A stretch of 64,000 nt of DNA from a virus, in the IMG/VR virus record IMGVR_UViG_3300037586_005524, positions 1 through 64,000 of that record; one strand, 5' to 3'. Below, in pieces: positions 1 through 8,993 of this stretch. A program made the translations under genes and the position numbers. The notes below the pieces were generated by a model. It saw only the letters and a list, made by a program, of their open reading frames with translations, ran no database searches and was not told where the DNA came from. Numbering within the stretch: the stretch's first letter is position 1; each line of letters opens with the position of its first letter.

Positions 1-143
1 CATTTATATGTATTTTTGGGAATATTTACAGATAGTTTTCGTTTGTGATGTTTGCAGTAAGGGCAAAAAAACAAGTGTTCATCATTTGAGCGATAAAAAC
101 TACCTAAAACTTCTTCTAAGATTTGAAGCTTTTCAGAATACAT
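1..143 (-). CDS. DNA primase, N-terminal zinc-binding domain (partial, runs off window edge)
   Basis: Not in the ORF track. Manual translation from ATG at 143 gives MYSEKLQILEEVLGSFYRSNDEHLFFCPYCKHHKRKLSVNIPKNTYK(C). The CPxCxH...LxVN...YKC pattern is typical of primase Zn fingers. A sigma70-type promoter lies directly upstream. Confidence 0.75.
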   Translation of the reverse strand, partial: MYSEKLQILEEVLGSFYRSNDEHLFFCPYCKHHKRKLSVNIPKNTYK

Positions 144-149
144 GTTGTA

Positions 150-178
150 ATACTATCAAATAAAAAATTTAAAGTCAA
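150..178 (-). promoter_or_regulatory. sigma70-type promoter, probably leaderless, for the primase
   Basis: Minus strand reads TTGACT-N17-TAGTAT with an extended TG; the ATG follows 6 nt after the -10 box. Confidence 0.7.
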
Positions 179-205
179 GATTTTTTAATTTTTATCTTGA
201 ACGTG

Positions 206-364
206 TCAGATTTTTTCCTCATGATCCTTATGAGATAAATCTGATTGTTCTTCTTCCATTATTTGAAGGGCTTCGCTGAAAGATTCTTCGTCCATTGTTT
301 CAAGTATCTCAATAAGAGATTCTTTAAATAACTTCTGTAACTCTTTAAAATATAATTCGTGCAT
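206..364 (-). CDS. small acidic hypothetical protein (52 aa)
   Basis: Manual translation: MHELYFKELQKLFKESLIEILETMDEESFSEALQIMEEEQSDLSHKDHEEKI*. It has its own promoter and shares KESLxExLxT with the C-terminus of 650..1168. Confidence 0.6.
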   Translation of the reverse strand: MHELYFKELQKLFKESLIEILETMDEESFSEALQIMEEEQSDLSHKDHEEKI

Positions 365-370
365 AAATTA

Positions 371-398
371 ATATTATCATATATGGGCTAAAAGTCAA
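371..398 (-). promoter_or_regulatory. sigma70-type promoter, probably leaderless
   Basis: Minus strand reads TTGACT-N16-TAATAT with an extended TG; the ATG at 364 follows 6 nt after the -10 box. Confidence 0.6.
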
Positions 399-405
399 GG
401 AATTA

Positions 406-636
406 TTATCGACTGAATTTTCTCATAAGTTCTTTGGCGTCGGTAACGCGCAAAACTCGCGTAATGGCATCCGCAAGCTCCTCTCCTAAGCCGTGAGAAA
501 CTAAAAATTTAACCACTTCTTCTCCAGTTGGGTCGGGAGGATGTAGACTTTCATCTACAAGATTTTCAACTAGGCCTCTTAATTGTGATTTTGTAAGTTG
601 CACTTTCTTCCCCTGTGTCTTCCCCATGATCCTCAT
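406..636 (-). CDS. hypothetical protein with N-terminal TKxQLRxL(I/V)xE motif (possible internal head protein)
   Basis: Contains VQLTKSQLRGLVENLVDE; the true start may be the ATG at 627 after AGGA. Confidence 0.6.
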   Translation of the reverse strand: MRIMGKTQGKKVQLTKSQLRGLVENLVDESLHPPDPTGEEVVKFLVSHGLGEELADAITRVLRVTDAKELMRKFSR

Positions 637-649
637 GAGCTAAATCTGG

Positions 650-1168
650 TCATCCTTCTTCTAGTGTATCAAGTACTTCTGCGAGGGATTCTTTAAGCCA
701 ATCTGGGCCTACTGTTTTTTCAAAATGTGCCATGGCTCTCTTTCTTTGAGGCGATGGGGGGCGCGACATAGGATCAGTTTTAGGCGTTGGTAACATAGTA
801 TATTCTTCATCTTCATCAGAATCAACATCAGTGGGTGTATCTTCGCTCATATATTGTTTTAAGTGTCCCATATACGCTGGCCATAATGTGTCTGCAAACT
901 GTTCAGCGAGAGGTAACATATGGTCCATCAAGGATTCTTCATGTTCAAACGCCAAATCATTTTCAGTTATTTGGCCGGGCCCTGTACCAATCCTTCCGGC
1001 TCGGTTAGCCTCGGCATATATCTCGCGCTGTGCGTGAGAAACAAGCATGTCGTTTAATTGATATATAGGCCCAGAAGCCCATTCAGATTCAGGGCGCACA
1101 TCATCTGGCCAAGCCTCTTTTAAAACTTCTGTAATTAATTGTCTTAATTGGTTTTTAGTTACGTTCAT
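650..1168 (-). CDS. acidic hypothetical protein with N-terminal TKxQLRxL(I/V)xE motif
   Basis: Begins MNVTKNQLRQLITEVLKEA; AAGGA RBS; ACTATTTA motif upstream. Confidence 0.7.
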   Translation of the reverse strand: MNVTKNQLRQLITEVLKEAWPDDVRPESEWASGPIYQLNDMLVSHAQREIYAEANRAGRIGTGPGQITENDLAFEHEESLMDHMLPLAEQFADTLWPAYMGHLKQYMSEDTPTDVDSDEDEEYTMLPTPKTDPMSRPPSPQRKRAMAHFEKTVGPDWLKESLAEVLDTLEEG

Positions 1169-1697
1169 AATCAGATTCCTTGCTCTTATTTAAATAGTAC
1201 CCAGCTTTAGCAATTACCAAGGAATCGGCTTTATCATAAACACCTTTTGCTGGATTGCCTCTCTTAGTATACTCTGCTTTAAAATCTTTTTCATTTTCAA
1301 GTATATGTTGTAATACAATTTTTTTTGTATTCTCTCCTCTTTTAACTTTTATGCCACATGTTTTTCTTGCTGTGTGTACATTTATATACTCTGGGTTCAT
1401 ATCAAACAATTCTCTTAGCATCCAACAAACGACGCCATTAAATCTTTGAATTTTTGAGATAACTTGAGCAGAACTTCTTCCGGCAGCGAACATCCCTAAT
1501 GGCGCTTCAACGTAAATTTTTTCAATCGGGTATTGTGATTTTAAATGACAAATATTATCTTTAACAATATCAAGTTTTTCATAAAACGATAGCCCTGGTT
1601 TGTCGGTTCTCCAGGCTTCACAATATATTAATTCGTTATTTCGATCAACAATTGATACACCGGTGATCGAAGTGCTTATGTCTAGTCCTAAAATCAT
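1155..1697 (-). CDS. ruvC: RuvC-like Holliday junction resolvase
   Basis: MILGLDISTSITG (catalytic D), IYVEAP (E) and DKADSLVIA (DxxD) give the RNase H-fold RuvC pattern. Confidence 0.85.
   Translation of the reverse strand: MILGLDISTSITGVSIVDRNNELIYCEAWRTDKPGLSFYEKLDIVKDNICHLKSQYPIEKIYVEAPLGMFAAGRSSAQVISKIQRFNGVVCWMLRELFDMNPEYINVHTARKTCGIKVKRGENTKKIVLQHILENEKDFKAEYTKRGNPAKGVYDKADSLVIAKAGYYLNKSKESDYERN
1191..1198 (-). promoter_or_regulatory. candidate late promoter motif ACTATTTA
   Basis: 22 nt upstream of ATG 1168; the same motif recurs before other structural genes. Confidence 0.45.
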
Positions 1698-1701
1698 ATC
1701 T

Positions 1702-3273
1702 TTAAATGTCTAATTTAAGCTTAAATGTATATTCATCCGTTTCTAATTTTCTAACAGGTGTCGCGACTTTTGCGATTGCTATAAGATTTCTGTCTTTATC
1801 GTATATACCAATTTTATCAATAAATGTTTGTTTTTTAAAGCTCCCTGTAAACCCGCCCTTAAAAGAGCTACTAATTGTATTTTTAATGGTTTTGACATCG
1901 CTTTCTTTATAGAAAGAAGACCCAGATATTGAACCAGAACCTTGGCCAAAATTTAAATATGTAGGATTGTTTGACCAATTTAAATACCCTTTTTTAGCGT
2001 GAGCCATCATTGTAATTGTGGGAATATAAGTTGTGCCTGAAAATAACAATTCAAAAGAAGAGCTATGTAAAGATGCAGTGTTTACAGTTCGATAACTGCT
2101 CCCCTTGTCTGATGTATACTGGCCTTGGTTAGCATCCCAATTGTTTGGATACCCATCATTCATTCCTGTTCCAAAATAAATCCACGAGGGGCTATCGCCA
2201 GAATTATAACGCTGATAATCTTGGAGTCGCGGAGGCCCAAATATTGGATTCGAGGTTCCTTCTGGGCTAGTGAAAGCTGTGCTCTTTCCTGTTGTTAAAT
2301 CCCAGCTACCTGTTAAAACAATAGCGCCCTCATTATAAAGTACGATTCCGGCAACAGAACCAGACTGAAAGCTTCCAGAAGGGCCGGTTTGAATCAGTTC
2401 TCCATTTCTTTTTGGATCTTTCAGTTCCCCAACCAGAGTGCCAGTTATATAATATTTTAAATTTACAGTTCCTTTTTTGATGGCGCTTCCAAAAAATATC
2501 GAAGGCACATCAATAATAGAAACAGCTTGATAACTTTTGTCCCATGCGTGATAGCCTAATTCTTTTCTTGAATCAACTGGGTGAAAAGAAGAAGAATAAG
2601 TAAAGTGTGGGCTCCATTTTCTATAATAATTAATAGTATTTTCTAATGCCTGAATATATTTCTTTTTTAATTCTGGGGCATCTGTTATGGTTAGTTCCTT
2701 TGTTGGGTTTGCTGGGTTTTTTGTTTTTATCGTAGTTTGATCTTTTGTTTGATAAAAATATGTATTACCATCCGGGCCTGCAGGATCTATTTCATTTCCG
2801 TTTTCGGCGGAACCTTCGGTATAAAATATTCTTGTAATAGAAGCAGTTAATGGATAGCTTCCGCTTATTATATCCCCATAGTTAAAATCGTCTACATATG
2901 AATCGTACGCTACGCTTTTTAAAGAAATTTTACTCCCGGCTTTTGTTATAAAAGGAAAGATCAGGCTTGCTTTACCTTCATCAGTATCAGGACCCCAATT
3001 GCTGGCGTCGCCGGCGTTTGCTGTATTAATAGTGTGTAAGTCTTCGCGCCTATCAATGTTCATTTCATATGAATTAATATAACCAGAATTACAAGAACTA
3101 GTGTGGGCGCCCACAGAATACCCGACGTGCCCAATTGGACTGTTATATGCTCCACTTATAACATATTGATTATTATAATATGTGCAACCTTTCCAACTAA
3201 AAAAGTGACAACTTGGATGTGCTTTTATGCGATTGAAGAAAACGTCGTCTTCATTAAATTTATAATATGGCAT
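1702..3273 (-). CDS. baseplate/tail-fibre attachment structural protein with C-terminal tail-collar-like segment
   Basis: C-terminus IGIYDKDRNLIAIAKVATPVRK resembles the ELGLYDxxGxLIAVA motif of P2 gpH-like tail-collar domains; paralog of 3292..4461. Confidence 0.6.
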   Translation of the reverse strand: MPYYKFNEDDVFFNRIKAHPSCHFFSWKGCTYYNNQYVISGAYNSPIGHVGYSVGAHTSSCNSGYINSYEMNIDRREDLHTINTANAGDASNWGPDTDEGKASLIFPFITKAGSKISLKSVAYDSYVDDFNYGDIISGSYPLTASITRIFYTEGSAENGNEIDPAGPDGNTYFYQTKDQTTIKTKNPANPTKELTITDAPELKKKYIQALENTINYYRKWSPHFTYSSSFHPVDSRKELGYHAWDKSYQAVSIIDVPSIFFGSAIKKGTVNLKYYITGTLVGELKDPKRNGELIQTGPSGSFQSGSVAGIVLYNEGAIVLTGSWDLTTGKSTAFTSPEGTSNPIFGPPRLQDYQRYNSGDSPSWIYFGTGMNDGYPNNWDANQGQYTSDKGSSYRTVNTASLHSSSFELLFSGTTYIPTITMMAHAKKGYLNWSNNPTYLNFGQGSGSISGSSFYKESDVKTIKNTISSSFKGGFTGSFKKQTFIDKIGIYDKDRNLIAIAKVATPVRKLETDEYTFKLKLDI

Positions 3274-3291
3274 AAAATTTGTTCCATTGGT

Positions 3292-4461
3292 CTAATAATC
3301 TAGTCTAACACGAATTGTTAATTCATCTTCCGGAGTTTTCTTCAAGGGCTCAGATAGCTTGGCCACAGCTAACATTTCATTTTGCGCATTAAATAAGCCA
3401 ACAGTTGTAATATATGTGGTTGATATATCATCTGAGTTGTTTTTAACATTAATTTGGCCTCCAGATACATATGTTGGATTAGAACTATAATTAAACTCAT
3501 TATGGTTAACTCTGCAGAAATAGATTGCAGAATTTAATTCCGTGGTATTATTAAATTGAATATTATAAATTCTATTTCTTAAGCCGTCGCATGCCGCTTG
3601 AATTGTTGAACCAGTAAACATTTGCACACCTGAAGCAGATAAGCCAGAGCCCAATTCACATATGGCTTGGCCACCGTCATTGGCGGCACCATTGAAAAAG
3701 GCGCCTGCTCCAAGAGACGAGGACGCTCCACCAAAAACTGAACCAGAAATAACTGCCACCCCTGCTTGATAATAAATCAGTCCAGCAGGTAGATAACTCT
3801 GCACCTCACCAATTGTTTCGTTTCCAAGTAATGCCGTGCTTAAAGTGCTGTCGCCATCATATGATGTTTGAGCAAAAAGCACACCATATTCGCCTGCAGG
3901 AGAATTAACTTTATATCCATCCGACCCACTTCTATCTGTTAATTTTATTCTTCTTGAATGTACTGCGCCAAAATCAAAGCCACCACTAATGCCAAGCTCT
4001 AATTGAAAAGTACCTTTTTTAATTTCATCTTTAACAAGAAGTCTGGAGAAATTCAAAAAGTAAACTTCATCCATTTTATCGCCACTATCAATAGTTGATC
4101 CTCCGACGTCAAATCGAAGAATTGAACCAGTATGATCATAACCAGCTAATACCTGAGCCATTTGATTATAAATGTTTATTTTTTTCTCTTGTTGTGTCCC
4201 GGGCGTTGAGGCAGAAAAACTTGAATGTGCGCTAAACCCACAAGTAACGTCAAAAATATGATTTGCAGAAGAGCTTAAATATGGGTAATCATATACTGAC
4301 TGGAACATCCCATGTGAATAATTTTTTACATTTTCATCCGCATCAGAAACCACGTAGGTTCCAGAAATAAGCGATCCCGTTAGGGGGATATGTTCATGAA
4401 TTAAAGTTTTTCCTGTTTTTTTATCTTTTGGGGTTATTTCTTTTGAATCGCCAGTTGCCAT
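3292..4461 (-). CDS. baseplate/tail-fibre attachment structural protein, paralog of 1702..3273
   Basis: Shares IKKGT, G(I/L)xxYxxG, NxSxNPTY and the C-terminal VGLFNAQNEMLAVAKLSEPLKK...IRVRLDY with its neighbour. Confidence 0.6.
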   Translation of the reverse strand: MATGDSKEITPKDKKTGKTLIHEHIPLTGSLISGTYVVSDADENVKNYSHGMFQSVYDYPYLSSSANHIFDVTCGFSAHSSFSASTPGTQQEKKINIYNQMAQVLAGYDHTGSILRFDVGGSTIDSGDKMDEVYFLNFSRLLVKDEIKKGTFQLELGISGGFDFGAVHSRRIKLTDRSGSDGYKVNSPAGEYGVLFAQTSYDGDSTLSTALLGNETIGEVQSYLPAGLIYYQAGVAVISGSVFGGASSSLGAGAFFNGAANDGGQAICELGSGLSASGVQMFTGSTIQAACDGLRNRIYNIQFNNTTELNSAIYFCRVNHNEFNYSSNPTYVSGGQINVKNNSDDISTTYITTVGLFNAQNEMLAVAKLSEPLKKTPEDELTIRVRLDY

Positions 4462-4484
4462 TATTTATTATACCTCTTTTTTAT

Positions 4485-5540
4485 TTAATTACTACAATCA
4501 ACAAATTCCTTTGACTTGTAAAATCTAACAGGAACATCTATTGATGCACCTGTGTAGACACCTGATACTCGAATATAGGAATCTATTCTCCATAGAGTTC
4601 CGGCTGCGGCCTCTGCATCAATATCATTTGTGCCGCCGGCGGTGTAGCATGTGCTGCTATTACCTATGGTTGCAGCTGTGGTGTCCCAATCAGTACCAGT
4701 ATCTTGCGTCCCATGTTTCTGCCAAAGACTTTTTGAAGAATCTGGGTCTCCACTTTGTAATAAATCTGAAGCCATAATTTTAAACTCTATCTTATTGCCT
4801 CGCAGCCATCTTATTTTTGGTTGGTGGGGCTTTAGAGAGTCATCAAATTTATTCATTTCTGTAACCAAATCGGATCCCGCGGTTGCAAGAAGGAGTTGAA
4901 TTGCATCCTCATCGACAAAACTTCCATTTTGAGTTTCGCCGGTTACATTTGCGATTTGACAAAACCTACTATCATATTCAATATAAAAACTATCTTCATT
5001 TAATTCTGATAAATTGCTACCTTTCAAAGGTCCTGGTGTTTTTCCAGGAGTGTCGATCCCAAATTCTAATCGGATTCGCGAATTGGATTGCCCGGGGAAC
5101 ACTCCATTGAGAACGCCTGTTTCTGCATGCGCTCCCATCGCCCGGGCAGTGCCGACAGTACATGCAACAATAAATGTTTCTTTTGCTGGATCATACTGAA
5201 AAAACCCCACGTCTTTCCCATAACTTTTTTCCACCTCTGTGTTTAAAATTAATTGGGGCAAATAAAGAAGGTTAGGGTTTGTATAAGATATTAATTTGCT
5301 ATTAAGGGAGACCTCATTGTTGGTTAATGCTTCAAGAATTGGCGTTTGAAGAATCTCTAAATCATAATATGGGCTGCCACCTGTGTGATCTAAATTAAAA
5401 TTTTCATAATTTATTTCGTCGTCACCCAATTTAAAATGATTTATTTTAAAAGTTCCGTCGCCGCGGGCCATTGCGCGTCGGCCGGCGTCGGTTAATACTG
5501 CATCTAAAATAATATCTCCACTGTTATCTTGAAAAGCCAT
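4485..5540 (-). CDS. virion structural protein with N-terminal tail-collar-like segment
   Basis: DAVLTDAGRRAMARGDGTFKINHFKLGDDEINY resembles the LTxxG...GD start of P2 gpH-like collar domains; AGGAG RBS. Confidence 0.55.
   Translation of the reverse strand: MAFQDNSGDIILDAVLTDAGRRAMARGDGTFKINHFKLGDDEINYENFNLDHTGGSPYYDLEILQTPILEALTNNEVSLNSKLISYTNPNLLYLPQLILNTEVEKSYGKDVGFFQYDPAKETFIVACTVGTARAMGAHAETGVLNGVFPGQSNSRIRLEFGIDTPGKTPGPLKGSNLSELNEDSFYIEYDSRFCQIANVTGETQNGSFVDEDAIQLLLATAGSDLVTEMNKFDDSLKPHQPKIRWLRGNKIEFKIMASDLLQSGDPDSSKSLWQKHGTQDTGTDWDTTAATIGNSSTCYTAGGTNDIDAEAAAGTLWRIDSYIRVSGVYTGASIDVPVRFYKSKEFVDCSN
4486..4493 (-). promoter_or_regulatory. candidate late promoter motif AGTAATTA
   Basis: 24 nt upstream of ATG 4461, followed by a GAGG RBS. 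Confidence 0.4.
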
Positions 5541-5566
5541 TTTATACTCCTTATTCTGCGCACTTA

Positions 5567-5574
5567 TAAATAGT
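5567..5574 (-). promoter_or_regulatory. candidate late promoter motif ACTATTTA
   Basis: GTACTATTTATAAG in an intergenic gap, 26 nt upstream of ATG 5540. Confidence 0.5.
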
Positions 5575-5630
5575 ACGTATTATAAATAAAATCTTTTTCT
5601 TCTTTTTAAATTGCAATTGAGCATTCATTT

Positions 5631-8600
5631 TTAGTCTATCGGCGCCTTTGGTTTTAAATCATAGCCAAGGCCTTCGTGGCTATGAACAAAGTTCAAGTTT
5701 AAATCAAACATTTTTCCAGAAGATTTACTAGTAATTCTTACTTTAAATTTTTTTGCGCGGGGTCGACCGAAGAGCGGGCCTAAAATAACATCCTGGTCCT
5801 GTTTACTCTCTGCATCATATATACTAGCTGCTTCGGGGGCACTTAAATTACTTTGTTTTATCGTAGGAACTATATGTACATATTTTTTCATGCTTTTAGT
5901 CTTTTCTCTTGAGGTCTTTTCAGTAAAATCAACAATTTTGTTGCTTAAATAAATTGCGCCACTATCATCTATCAATTCAACTTCAAAAATTGGACTTGGA
6001 TTTGAAACATAGCCATGCCTATCCGTTGATCTGAACATATAATAATATTTTTTATTTGGCGAAACATTATCAATAAAATCTTTTTTATCTGGGGCCATCT
6101 CTTTTCTCAGGGCCGTGCTAAAATCTGACCAATCTATCGGGTGCTTTTCAAGTCTAAATATTTGATATGTATAATCTGGCTCATCTGATTTAAAAATAAT
6201 TTCAGAAGATGTGCCCTGTGCCGATTTTGCTTTATTAAATAATTCTTCATCCCCAGGTAAAATTGGGATTGGAACATCTTCGCGTTCACCTACGTATTGA
6301 CTAAATAAAAATAATAATTTGTTATTTATATTTTGATATGGAAATATTTCCATATTAGGATATAGTGGCGGAGCATCTGCCGTATACAAAGTTGGGAGTT
6401 TTATGTATGGAATTTTTAATAATTTAATTTTTGGTTTATTAATAGTATAAATAGTTGCAACTGGTGGACGCTTTTGGGTGCTGCTAGCAAGTTCGACGTC
6501 TATTATCTGTGTTTTTGTAGCTCCTTCTGGTGTCGGGAAATACCGATCAACAAGATTAATAGTTTCTCCCTGGATGTCTTGATATTGATATTCATTTCCT
6601 ACAACTATGACATAAGTATAAATTGTATAATCATACCCTTCATTAAGTTTGATTTGGCTATCAATATATTCAATCGATGCTTCGCCACTGAGATTGGTGG
6701 GCGCGGCAATAAAGAATCTTTGGACTATTTGACCGTGCTTGCTTTTTTCAATCTCGTAAAACATTATTTCAGTATGTGAAAAAGGATTCATATCATAATG
6801 GACACCGTACTTTTCGCGGGGCGCACAACGGCTTCGGCCTGGTGGTTGACATATCTGTTTGCCCGGGCTAACCTTTATCTCCTTCCCATCGTAAAGGGGC
6901 GCATTAAGAATCTCATAAATAGATCTCGTATTCGCGAACTCTTTAAGTTTGTCCGTGACCTCCCAAAAGGCATTACGAGCAGGAAGGGGTATCCCATTAA
7001 TGTCATCATCGAGGTCGTGCCATCCAGTATTTTCGATTCCAAAGTCGAAAGAAAGAAGATTAGATGATTCCACAGCGAAGTCATCGCTGCTCCACGCACC
7101 TACAAATTGTGTCAAATCCCATGAAAAAGTGTCTATACTTTCTTTAGAATCCACCTCTCTTTTCCAATAATTTTCTTCAGTTTCCATTACGAGTGGGTTG
7201 CCGGCAGCAAGAGCCATTAAAAACAGCATCAATTGGTCCTGACTTGGATCTGGGTCGGATCCCTCCCCTTCACTATTAAATATTTTTTTCAAAAACTGGT
7301 CCGCGGGACGCGCCTCCGGTACATTAATTGTTATGTCGGTCGCCCATGGTTGGTGAAAAAGGTCAAAACGATATTCTTGTAAAAATTTATACTTTGGAAA
7401 GCCAAATATAAAAGCTCCTTCGGGTTTTTCAAGGCTAGGCACACTTATAGAGTTATTCTCATTTGGGTTTACCATTTGTGTCCAAATTTGCATATATTGA
7501 TCAACGCCTATATTTTGATCAAAATACCATGCGTATGAATTGATCATCAGGCTGGGGTCCAAACTATATTTTGCTATCCCTCCTACTGTTAATAAATCAC
7601 CATATATTGTATTTGCCACGGTGCCGTCGGGGAATTGTCGATAAAATCTTTCTTTGTTCTCTGCTAGTTGACCAAGCAAATAACTATTTGGAATAAGAAG
7701 ATGTTGTTGATCAGACAAAATATTTACCGCGGCCTCGTAATTTAAATTGCTGTAATTTACCACTGAGCTTTGGCGGGCCGGGTCAAATCTTGGATGGTTT
7801 AAATGGAAGGCACTATCAGTGTAAAGGTTGTATTCGTTTATACCTTTTGAAACACTGGAAGGTCCGTAAGCATGTGTCCTATTTTTATAAGTCTCTCTAA
7901 TATGTTTGGCAAAGACAAGATTTACTTTAGGCGACCATAATTGCCATTGGTTTCCCGCCTCCATCGGATTCATAGTTTCTTCGCCGGCGTCCATCATCAC
8001 TTTCCTTGCTGCTTCATTACTATAAAAAATATCTGTGGTTTCTAAAAATATAACCTCCTCGGGAACGGTTAGCCCGAATTCATCGATAACAATTAATTCG
8101 GCGAGTTGTTTCTGTGTTGTTACTTTGGGCCCCTCGGTGCCTTGATGTGTCACTTCCGGCGTGCCATGGAATCCCATTTTTTCGTAAAAGGGCTTATAGG
8201 TTTCGAACCCGACTCGGCTCATGGCATCGTGATGATCGGCATCATAAAGCCAACCATTAAGTTTAGGATTATACATGTCAGGGTAAACACCCGGTTCGTA
8301 TATATCGATCAAGTGAGTGTGGTGAGGCGGAAATGGTCCGTCCAATGGATCGTGACCGGTCGTTTTAAGAGTGGCTAATATATCTATGCCAATGTCAGAG
8401 TCCTTGAAAAAATTAGCTATTTCTGCCCAGGCTGAATTTATGAACACTCCAGTGGTAAAGCCGCTATTATGTGCATTTATGTAGCCTTCGTGATAATGAG
8501 GCAAATAACCCGAATGTATGGCTTCGATGGCATATGCATGCCATTGGTCCAAAGTCTCGGGATTCTCGGCTGCACTACTTTGCCACCAAGACTTAAAAGT

Positions 8601-8993
8601 TTCCCACTCTGGGGTTGCCTGAGTAGAAACAGTTCTTATTTTTTTCTTTGCTAAAACGCGAAAAGTTTTGGCATGAGTCTGGCCGGGTGACTGGCGCCAC
8701 TTTGGACTTGGGCGTACAAATCTATTTTCTGTTTCGTTTCCCCAGCCTGGAAGGTCGACCAGTGAGTCGCCGGCGCCACCGGAATACATCCAGTGTCCAA
8801 AATAAGGTCTTAGTGGGTCTCCAGGGTGTCCCTCGCCCGTCATCGCGGTGGAATGAATGATCGTGGGGTTTAAATATAGAGGGGTTATAGACCCATAGAT
8901 TTTTTGCGCATTTTGGTGAGCCAATGAGAGGTGTTCGTTGAGCGTTTGGCCGCCAACGAGGCCGCCGGCAAGTAGATATGTTCTATGTGGCAT
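5631..8993 (-). CDS. large putative virion protein with C-terminal fibronectin type III-like segments
   Basis: 1120-aa ORF; FN3-like strands YIDSQIKLNEGYDYTIY and FIDNVSPNKKYYYMFRSTDRHGYVSNPS; start overlaps the upstream stop (TAATG). Confidence 0.55.
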   Translation of the reverse strand: MPHRTYLLAGGLVGGQTLNEHLSLAHQNAQKIYGSITPLYLNPTIIHSTAMTGEGHPGDPLRPYFGHWMYSGGAGDSLVDLPGWGNETENRFVRPSPKWRQSPGQTHAKTFRVLAKKKIRTVSTQATPEWETFKSWWQSSAAENPETLDQWHAYAIEAIHSGYLPHYHEGYINAHNSGFTTGVFINSAWAEIANFFKDSDIGIDILATLKTTGHDPLDGPFPPHHTHLIDIYEPGVYPDMYNPKLNGWLYDADHHDAMSRVGFETYKPFYEKMGFHGTPEVTHQGTEGPKVTTQKQLAELIVIDEFGLTVPEEVIFLETTDIFYSNEAARKVMMDAGEETMNPMEAGNQWQLWSPKVNLVFAKHIRETYKNRTHAYGPSSVSKGINEYNLYTDSAFHLNHPRFDPARQSSVVNYSNLNYEAAVNILSDQQHLLIPNSYLLGQLAENKERFYRQFPDGTVANTIYGDLLTVGGIAKYSLDPSLMINSYAWYFDQNIGVDQYMQIWTQMVNPNENNSISVPSLEKPEGAFIFGFPKYKFLQEYRFDLFHQPWATDITINVPEARPADQFLKKIFNSEGEGSDPDPSQDQLMLFLMALAAGNPLVMETEENYWKREVDSKESIDTFSWDLTQFVGAWSSDDFAVESSNLLSFDFGIENTGWHDLDDDINGIPLPARNAFWEVTDKLKEFANTRSIYEILNAPLYDGKEIKVSPGKQICQPPGRSRCAPREKYGVHYDMNPFSHTEIMFYEIEKSKHGQIVQRFFIAAPTNLSGEASIEYIDSQIKLNEGYDYTIYTYVIVVGNEYQYQDIQGETINLVDRYFPTPEGATKTQIIDVELASSTQKRPPVATIYTINKPKIKLLKIPYIKLPTLYTADAPPLYPNMEIFPYQNINNKLLFLFSQYVGEREDVPIPILPGDEELFNKAKSAQGTSSEIIFKSDEPDYTYQIFRLEKHPIDWSDFSTALRKEMAPDKKDFIDNVSPNKKYYYMFRSTDRHGYVSNPSPIFEVELIDDSGAIYLSNKIVDFTEKTSREKTKSMKKYVHIVPTIKQSNLSAPEAASIYDAESKQDQDVILGPLFGRPRAKKFKVRITSKSSGKMFDLNLNFVHSHEGLGYDLKPKAPID

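Noticed and set aside
5565-5588. Two perfect T4 late promoter boxes TATAAATA on the plus strand
   Set aside because: They point away from the direction of all genes; the first is better explained as the reverse complement of the ACTATTTA motif.
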